From NCBI GenBank assembly GCA_050295575.1, contig JBNKPX010000006.1, positions 1 to 60,999 of the forward strand: a stretch of DNA of 60,999 bases, read 5' to 3'. A program made the translations under genes and the position numbers. The notes beneath the pieces are model-generated. The model saw only the letters and a list, made by a program, of their open reading frames with translations. It was not told the origin of the DNA and ran no database searches. Position 1 is the stretch's first letter. Each line of letters opens with the position of its first letter. This document shows, in pieces, positions 54,609 through 60,999 of this stretch. The DNA is from Gammaproteobacteria bacterium. Lineage in GTDB: Bacteria; Pseudomonadota; Gammaproteobacteria; GCA-001735895.

Positions 54609-55988
54609 ATGCCGCAAACGCTTGATTTCGACCAAGAGCTCATTAAAAAGTACGATAAATCGGGGCCTCGTTATACCTCGTATCCTACTGCGCCGCAGTT
54701 TACGTCCGAGTATACGGAGGAAACGCTGAAAAAAAGTATACAACGTAGTAACACGGAAATGATTCCAAAAGCGTTGTCACTCTATGTTCACATTCCTTAC
54801 TGCGACACCATTTGTTATTACTGTGCCTGTAATAAAATCATTACTAAGGATCACTCGGTAACTAAGGGCTACCTGAGCCTGCTTGATAAAGAAATGCAGA
54901 TGCTGTCTCCCTTGTTTGATAAGGATCGAGAACTGGATCAATTACATCTGGGTGGTGGTACGCCTACGTTCTTGAGTGACCAGGAAATGATCGATTTGAT
55001 GAGGTCGATTGAAGATAACTTTAAGGTTTCACAGCAGTGTGAGATGTCTATTGAGATTGACCCGCGTAAAGTCACCAATGAATCTATAAAGTTGCTGTCC
55101 AATATTGGTTTTAATCGCATCAGCCTGGGGGTGCAGGATTTTGATACTAGCGTTCAGCAGGCAGTCAACAGGGAACAGAGTTATGACATGGTGAGAGACC
55201 GCCTGATGGTGGCCCGTGAAGTTGGAATTGACTCTATTAATATGGATTTGATCTATGGCTTGCCATTGCAGACTGTAGAAACCTTTGGCGACACTCTGGA
55301 TAAGGTTATTGAGTTAAGGCCTGATCGCCTGTCGATTTTTAACTATGCTCATCTGCCGGAACGTTTCAAGCCCCAGCGTCGCATCAACGAGTCTGATTTG
55401 CCTTCACCATCTGTGAAGCTTGATATATTGCAGTTGACAGTCGAAAAACTACAGCAGGCTGGCTACGTCTATATTGGAATGGATCATTTCGCTCTGGAAA
55501 GCGATTCCATGGTCAAGGCTCAGCAGGAAGGCAGCTTGCAACGAAATTTCCAGGGGTATTCGACGCATGCTGACACAGATCTCGTGGCCATAGGTGTCAG
55601 TTCTATAGGGTCTATAGGAGATAGCTATAGTCAGAATAGTAGTAATATTGATGACTACACAGCGAGTATCCTGGCGGGAAAACTACCCATAGTGCGTGGT
55701 CTGGTGCTAACCGATGAAGATTTATTGCGTAAGCAGATTATCAATCAGCTAATTTGTCATTTCCGACTGGATATTCCATTGGTGGAAAAGCAATGGGGTA
55801 TCAGTTTCCGCAAATATTTTTCTAAGGAACTTATTCAGTTGAAAAAAATGGCACAGGAAGGGTTGCTTTCTCTCGACAATAATACGATACAGGTGGAGCA
55901 GAAAGGCCGTTTCTTAATCCGTAATGTTTGTATGGTATTTGACGCTTACCTTGAAAATAACACGGTTAAATTTTCCAAAGTCATTTAA
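54609..55988 (+). CDS. hemN: Oxygen-independent coproporphyrinogen III oxidase
   Basis: GPRYTSYP, radical SAM motif CDTICYYCAC, GGGTP and RNFQGY. Confidence 0.97.
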   Translation: MPQTLDFDQELIKKYDKSGPRYTSYPTAPQFTSEYTEETLKKSIQRSNTEMIPKALSLYVHIPYCDTICYYCACNKIITKDHSVTKGYLSLLDKEMQMLSPLFDKDRELDQLHLGGGTPTFLSDQEMIDLMRSIEDNFKVSQQCEMSIEIDPRKVTNESIKLLSNIGFNRISLGVQDFDTSVQQAVNREQSYDMVRDRLMVAREVGIDSINMDLIYGLPLQTVETFGDTLDKVIELRPDRLSIFNYAHLPERFKPQRRINESDLPSPSVKLDILQLTVEKLQQAGYVYIGMDHFALESDSMVKAQQEGSLQRNFQGYSTHADTDLVAIGVSSIGSIGDSYSQNSSNIDDYTASILAGKLPIVRGLVLTDEDLLRKQIINQLICHFRLDIPLVEKQWGISFRKYFSKELIQLKKMAQEGLLSLDNNTIQVEQKGRFLIRNVCMVFDAYLENNTVKFSKVI

Positions 55989-56020
55989 TTTTCAGAGTTA
56001 TATCCTTTGCTAACAATGGT

Positions 56021-56761
56021 TTAAAAAGATTCAGTCTCTTCGCAGTTGGTTACCATCTGGGCCAGTTTATCCATATCCAGAATATCGACCTGTTTGCGAT
56101 TGATTTTTACCACTTCCTGTTCCTGAAATGATTTAAACAAGCGACTAACGGTTTCAACTGCAATGCCCAGATAGCATGCAATGTCATGTCGGGACATGGG
56201 GAGCATGAAGCTGTTAGGTGAAAAGCCTCTACGTTTGAATCGAGTTGATATGCTTAACAAAAAGGTGGCAAGACGTTCGTGGGCAGTTTGCTGGCCGAGT
56301 AATAGCTGGTGTGAATGGTCACAGTTAAGTTCATGTCCCATCAGCTTATAGACCTGATGGCGTAGTTCAGGAAGTATGCTGCACAATTCATCAAGCTTGC
56401 TAAAGGGGAGCATACAGTATGAGGTATTGTCCAGGGTAGAGGCATAACACCTGTGAGAATCATATTCCATACCATCCAGTCCGAATATTTCACCCGGTAA
56501 ATGGAATCCAAGTATTTGTTGTTCCCCTGTCTTTTTGGTTAGATAGGTTTTCACCCCACCTGATCTAACTGCATAAAAGCCGAAAAATTCATTTCCAGGC
56601 TGATAGATCATGGTGTTGGGTTCCAGTTTTCTGGGGCGCTCAATGTGTTCATCAAGCTGGCAAATTTCTTCACTAGTTAGTCCACGAGGAAGACAGAGTT
56701 CGGACAGACTGCAGGCTTCACAGCTGACTTTTAGCTGTTTGGCTAATTGTGCTTGATTCAT
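56021..56761 (-). CDS. fnr: FNR/Anr transcriptional regulator (ATG 56761 preferred)
   Basis: N-terminal CEACSLSELC plus a central Cys, and recognition helix ETVSR. Confidence 0.92.
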   Translation of the reverse strand: MNQAQLAKQLKVSCEACSLSELCLPRGLTSEEICQLDEHIERPRKLEPNTMIYQPGNEFFGFYAVRSGGVKTYLTKKTGEQQILGFHLPGEIFGLDGMEYDSHRCYASTLDNTSYCMLPFSKLDELCSILPELRHQVYKLMGHELNCDHSHQLLLGQQTAHERLATFLLSISTRFKRRGFSPNSFMLPMSRHDIACYLGIAVETVSRLFKSFQEQEVVKINRKQVDILDMDKLAQMVTNCEETESF

Positions 56762-56881
56762 GCTTTTTATTATCCTGTTAATAGATGAATTTGTTTTATT
56801 TAGGCTTCTAGGGCCAGTTAACACGCCCTAGTATGACTAAAATTAGTCAAAAGGGATATATACCATAAAAAAATTATACAC

Positions 56882-56895
56882 TTGACCCAAGTCAT
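56882..56895 (+). promoter_or_regulatory. FNR-type box upstream of ccoN
   Basis: TTGAC-CCAA-GTCAT in the fnr/ccoN divergent region. Confidence 0.7.
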
Positions 56896-56904
56896 TTTAT
56901 CAAT

Positions 56905-56921
56905 TGCGACATATTGTCACA
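56905..56921. promoter_or_regulatory. Candidate RegA/PrrA-type box upstream of ccoN
   Basis: TGCGAC-ATATT-GTCACA. Confidence 0.45.
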
Positions 56922-56963
56922 CTCGCAGCGCTTTAAATCCAATTTTATATGAGGCCATGTTTT

Positions 56964-58373
56964 ATGGAAACCTACAATTATAAGGTCGTACGGCAATTTG
57001 CTGTTATGACAGTAATCTGGGGAATCGTTGGCATGTTAGTAGGTGTATTAATTGCGGCTCAGCTTGTCTGGCCGGAATTGAATTTTGATACACCCTGGCT
57101 AACATACAGTCGATTGCGGGCACTGCATACCAATGCGGTGATTTTTGCGTTTGGTGGATCCGCGCTGTTTGCTACATCTTACTATGTAGTACAACGCACC
57201 TGTCATACGCGCCTGTTCAGCGATGGGCTAGCGGCTTTCACCTTCTGGGGATGGACGCTAATCATTTTGCTGGCAGCAATTACATTACCGTTAGGTATTA
57301 CTTCTAGTAAAGAGTATGCCGAGCTGGAATGGCCTATCGATATCCTGATCGCAGTGGTATGGGTAGTTTACGCGCTGGTATTCTTTGGTACCATCATTAA
57401 ACGTAAGGTTAAACACATCTATGTGGCTAACTGGTTTTATGGTGCTTTTATTCTCACTATTGCAGTGTTGCATATTGTGAATAGTGCTGAAATGCCGGTA
57501 TCTCTCACTAAGTCTTATTCTGCCTATCCAGGTGCTATCGATGCCATGGTTCAATGGTGGTACGGGCATAATGCAGTAGGTTTCTTCCTGACAGCCGGTT
57601 TTCTGGGCATGATGTATTACTTCATTCCTAAGGTTTCAGAACGTCCGGTTTTTTCTTATCGTCTGTCTGTAGTGCATTTCTGGGCATTAATCTCCACTTA
57701 TATGTGGGCGGGCCCTCACCATCTGCATTACACAGCACTACCTGACTGGACTCAGTCTCTGGGTATGGTGTTCTCGCTGATTCTGCTGGCTCCTAGCTGG
57801 GGTGGTATGATCAACGGTATCATGACGCTATCAGGTGCCTGGCATAAACTGCGTACAAACCCAGTACTTAAGTTCCTGATCGTTTCTCTTTCTTTCTACG
57901 GTATGTCGACCTTTGAAGGTCCGATGATGTCGATTAAGACAGTTAACGCGCTATCTCACTACACTGACTGGACTGTTGGTCATGTTCACTCTGGTGCTCT
58001 GGGCTGGGTTGCTCTGGTCAGTATCGGTTCTATGTATGCGCTGATCCCATGGGTATTCAATAAAGAAGGTATGTGGAGCACCAAGCTGGTTGATACTCAC
58101 TTCTGGATTGCTACCGTAGGTGTTGTGTTATACATCTGTGCCATGTGGATTGCGGGTGTTATGCAAGGTCTGATGTGGCGTGCGGTTAATGCTGACGGTA
58201 CCTTGACATACAGCTTTGTGGAATCACTTGAAGCTACCTATCCTTTCTACTTTGTGCGTCTGTTGGGCGGCCTGTTATTCCTTTCTGGAATGATTTTGAT
58301 GGCCTTCAATGTATTTAAGACAATTGCCGGTTCAGAAATGACCGACGATGAAGTCGCACAGCCTGCACATTAG
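56964..58373 (+). CDS. ccoN: cbb3-type cytochrome c oxidase subunit I
   Basis: [30 protein letters not shown] and [10 protein letters not shown]. Confidence 0.99.
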   Translation: METYNYKVVRQFAVMTVIWGIVGMLVGVLIAAQLVWPELNFDTPWLTYSRLRALHTNAVIFAFGGSALFATSYYVVQRTCHTRLFSDGLAAFTFWGWTLIILLAAITLPLGITSSKEYAELEWPIDILIAVVWVVYALVFFGTIIKRKVKHIYVANWFYGAFILTIAVLHIVNSAEMPVSLTKSYSAYPGAIDAMVQWWYGHNAVGFFLTAGFLGMMYYFIPKVSERPVFSYRLSVVHFWALISTYMWAGPHHLHYTALPDWTQSLGMVFSLILLAPSWGGMINGIMTLSGAWHKLRTNPVLKFLIVSLSFYGMSTFEGPMMSIKTVNALSHYTDWTVGHVHSGALGWVALVSIGSMYALIPWVFNKEGMWSTKLVDTHFWIATVGVVLYICAMWIAGVMQGLMWRAVNADGTLTYSFVESLEATYPFYFVRLLGGLLFLSGMILMAFNVFKTIAGSEMTDDEVAQPAH

Positions 58374-58383
58374 GAGAATTGCT

Positions 58384-58989
58384 ATGAGTCATGAAGTAGT
58401 AGAAAAGAATGTCGGCCTGATGGCAATCCTGGTTGTGATTGTAATCAGCTTCGGTGGCCTTGCAGAAATCGTACCTTTGTTTTTCCTCAAAGATACGACA
58501 GTACCGGTAGAAGGGGTTAAACCTTATACCGCGTTACAGTTGGAAGGTCGCGATATTTACATACGTGAAGCCTGTAACGCCTGTCACTCACAGATGGTTC
58601 GTCCATTCCGTGCGGAAACTGAGCGTTATGGTCATTACTCTGTAGGTGGTGAGTTTGTTTATGATCATCCATTCCTGTGGGGTTCCAAGCGTACAGGTCC
58701 TGATCTGCAACGTGTAGGTGGTCGTTATTCTGACGACTGGCATGTTGCGCATTTAACCAATCCACGTGACGTGGTGCCTGAGTCTAATATGCCTGGGTTT
58801 CCATGGTTGGCTGAAAATAAGCTGACTGGTGAAATGACGGCAGCCAAGATGAAGGCACTGAAGAGAGTGGGTGTTCCTTATACCGACGCAGATATGAAAG
58901 GTGCAGCAGACGCAGTCAAGGGTAAAACCGAGATGCAAGCGCTGATTGCTTACCTGCAGCATCTGGGTACTGCGGTCAGTGTTAGATAA
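58384..58989 (+). CDS. ccoO: cbb3 oxidase subunit II
   Basis: [11 protein letters not shown] and [18 protein letters not shown] before ATG 58384. Confidence 0.98.
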   Translation: MSHEVVEKNVGLMAILVVIVISFGGLAEIVPLFFLKDTTVPVEGVKPYTALQLEGRDIYIREACNACHSQMVRPFRAETERYGHYSVGGEFVYDHPFLWGSKRTGPDLQRVGGRYSDDWHVAHLTNPRDVVPESNMPGFPWLAENKLTGEMTAAKMKALKRVGVPYTDADMKGAADAVKGKTEMQALIAYLQHLGTAVSVR

Positions 58990-58999
58990 GGGGGCGGAT

Positions 59000-59161
59000 A
59001 TGAGTGCAACAGTACACAGTATCTGGACTCTGGTTCTAATGATCACGGTTCTCGGTATCTACGCCTGGGCCTGGAGTTCAAAGAGAGAAACTGACTTCGC
59101 TGAAGCAGCAAATCTCGCTCTGGACGACAGTAATACAAATCCAGAAAAGGAAGAATCATAA
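59000..59161 (+). CDS. ccoQ: cbb3 oxidase subunit CcoQ
   Basis: Single-TM peptide with WAW...FAEAANL, located between ccoO and ccoP. Confidence 0.9.
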   Translation: MSATVHSIWTLVLMITVLGIYAWAWSSKRETDFAEAANLALDDSNTNPEKEES

Positions 59162-60045
59162 TGAGTAACTTTTTCAACTGGTGGGTAATCGTAATTACCC
59201 TGGTCAACATTTTCGCCTGTTACTGGCTGATTAAGTGGACCATGAAGAAACGTCCTGAAGAGAGTGCGGCAGGTGAAGCTACCGGGCACACCTGGGATGG
59301 ACTACAAGAGTTAAATAACCCTCTACCAAAATGGTGGTTGTGGATGTTTTATATCACAATCATTTTTGGCCTGACCTATCTGGTGATCTTTCCAGGACTG
59401 GGTAACTGGCAGGGTGTTAAAGGCTGGAGTTCGCATGGTCAGTATGACACGGAAGTGAAGGATGCTGATGATATGTATGGGCCGATCTTTAGGAAATTTG
59501 CCGCAACGGCTATCCCGGCTCTTGCAAAAGATCCGGCAGCTTTACAGGCTGGTAAAAGGTTATTCGGAAATTATTGTTCACAGTGTCATGGGTCGGATGC
59601 CAAGGGTACTAAGGGATTTCCTAACCTGACTGATAATGACTGGTTGTATGGTGGTTCACCTGAAACTATCAAGGCGACTATCATGAATGGTCGTAACGGT
59701 GCTATGCCTGCCTGGGGTCCTGTACTGGGTGATAAGGGTGTTGAAAATGTGGCTAACTATGTTCAGTCTCTGAGCGGGCGTCAGGTTGATGCTGCCTCAG
59801 CTGAAGCCGGTAAAGCACAGTTTCAAACTCTATGTGTGGCCTGTCATGGTGCTGACGGTAAAGGAAATCAGGCTTTAGGTGCGCCTAATCTGACTGATAA
59901 CATCTGGTTACATGGTGGTACCGAGCTCAGCATTAGAAACACTATTACCAATGGTAAAAATAGTGTGATGCCGGCACATAACAAATTTCTGGGTGGCGAC
60001 AAAGTCCATCTGTTAGCGGCATACGTTTACAGCCTGTCTAACTAA
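59161..60045 (+). CDS. ccoP: cbb3 oxidase subunit III
   Basis: GHTWDGLQELNNPLPKWW and two CxxCH motifs (CSQCH, CVACH). Confidence 0.98.
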   Translation: MSNFFNWWVIVITLVNIFACYWLIKWTMKKRPEESAAGEATGHTWDGLQELNNPLPKWWLWMFYITIIFGLTYLVIFPGLGNWQGVKGWSSHGQYDTEVKDADDMYGPIFRKFAATAIPALAKDPAALQAGKRLFGNYCSQCHGSDAKGTKGFPNLTDNDWLYGGSPETIKATIMNGRNGAMPAWGPVLGDKGVENVANYVQSLSGRQVDAASAEAGKAQFQTLCVACHGADGKGNQALGAPNLTDNIWLHGGTELSIRNTITNGKNSVMPAHNKFLGGDKVHLLAAYVYSLSN

Positions 60046-60067
60046 TCAGAAAAGCGTTAACTCCCCC

Positions 60068-60128
60068 GCCGGGAAAGAAGCGAAGATTTGTCTCCTTGGT
60101 AAATCGCTTCTTTTCCCGGCATTTTTTT
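60068..60128 (+). terminator. Rho-independent terminator after ccoP
   Basis: GCCGGGAAAGAAGCGA...TCGCTTCTTTTCCCGGC stem followed by T7. Confidence 0.8.
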
Positions 60129-60298
60129 GTCTGCTGTTCATAGATAATAAAGCCTCAACATTTCACCGGTATCATCATCTTCGGCATGTTTCTGTCTGTT
60201 ACCTGATGCCAGCATAAATTAGACTAAAAAATTCCAGCTAACTCCGCCCGCCAAAATAGGTTAGGATATTTATAACTGATGTTAGAGGAGCCGGAAAA

Positions 60299-60999
60299 TT
60301 GTTTTTGTCCTGTTGGTATAGATCTAGTTATATAAAACGATTATCGGCCTTGTTGCTGGTGCTTTTTCTCACTGCCTGTAATGACTCTCATCAAAAGGTT
60401 GCTCTGGGAACCCTGGAGCGAGACCGTATAGCGCTATCAGCAACCACTAATGAAGTGGTGATAGACCTTCCAGTAGCGCCAGGGGCTTCGGTTACAAAAG
60501 GTACCGTTCTGGTCCGATTAGACGATACATTGCAAAAAGCACAGCTAGATAAGGCCGAAGCAGAGGTTGCACAGGCGCAGGCTAATCTGGAAAAGCTGCG
60601 GCGTGGAGCCAGGCCTGAAGAGGTGGCTTCTGCCAGGGCAAAAGTGGTTGGGGCAAAGTCAGCATTAGCTGAAAGCCAGTCGAATTATGAACGTGTTTTG
60701 AGCCTGATCAAGCAAAAGCTGGTCAGTCATACTGAGCTGGACAAGGCGCAGGCGGCGCGTGATTCCAATGAAGCCAGTTTACAGAGCGCACAGGAAGCCC
60801 TCTTGTTGTTAACCAATGGAGCGAGAGAAGAGGATTTGACAGCAGCAGAAGCTGTATTAAATGCCGCAAAAGCAATCCTGGCGATGGAAAATAAGCGTCT
60901 GGCGGATTTGACCATTAGCGCAACCCGGGATGGAATTTTAGATAATCTGCCATGGAATTTGGGAGAGCGTGTCACCACTGGTAGTCCGCTGGCTATCCT
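60299..60999 (+). CDS. HlyD-family membrane-fusion lipoprotein (runs off the 3' end; not in the ORF track)
   Basis: Read manually from TTG 60299 after RBS GAGGAG: lipobox LTAC, GTLERDRIALSA, V-x-KG-x-VLVRLD, and a coiled coil with GARPEE/GAREED. Confidence 0.85.
   Translation, partial: MFLSCWYRSSYIKRLSALLLVLFLTACNDSHQKVALGTLERDRIALSATTNEVVIDLPVAPGASVTKGTVLVRLDDTLQKAQLDKAEAEVAQAQANLEKLRRGARPEEVASARAKVVGAKSALAESQSNYERVLSLIKQKLVSHTELDKAQAARDSNEASLQSAQEALLLLTNGAREEDLTAAEAVLNAAKAILAMENKRLADLTISATRDGILDNLPWNLGERVTTGSPLAI

Noticed and set aside
60727-60978. 83-aa minus-strand ORF
   Set aside because: It is antisense to the HlyD-family gene that runs off the window end.

Overview
Gammaproteobacterial chromosome segment, probably from a microaerophilic or facultatively anaerobic chemolithotroph (inferred from gene content). 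It has three parts. (1) Core block, 1-6126: recA-recX-alaS-aspartate kinase-csrA-tRNA-Ser(GCT), followed by a cluster of GGA-hairpin repeats. (2) A ~30 kb accessory locus, 6596-36416: a degenerate cyclase-FHA protein and an SCO copper chaperone; a 1855-aa secreted beta-helix protein; three paralogous two-domain cupredoxin (multicopper-oxidase-like) chains; a dedicated type II secretion operon (EFGHIJK-LM-C/N-D) with a hypothetical protein, an S8 protease and a c-type cytochrome inserted in it; and NarL-type and ColRS-like regulators. (3) A low-oxygen energy-metabolism region, 36436-60999: PFOR (nifJ), an Isp-type Hyn [NiFe]-hydrogenase, a PomAB stator with PilZ and HDOD genes, hemN, fnr and the cbb3 oxidase ccoNOQP, with four FNR-type boxes. 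The best candidate novel system is in part 2. The copper ligands of a multicopper oxidase are split complementarily across separate genes, which suggests a heterotrimeric, T2SS-exported oxidase. The GspL carries repeated D-x-T-x-x-hydrophobic motifs that could dock the locus's own FHA protein. All functional calls come from motif recognition only; no searches were run.
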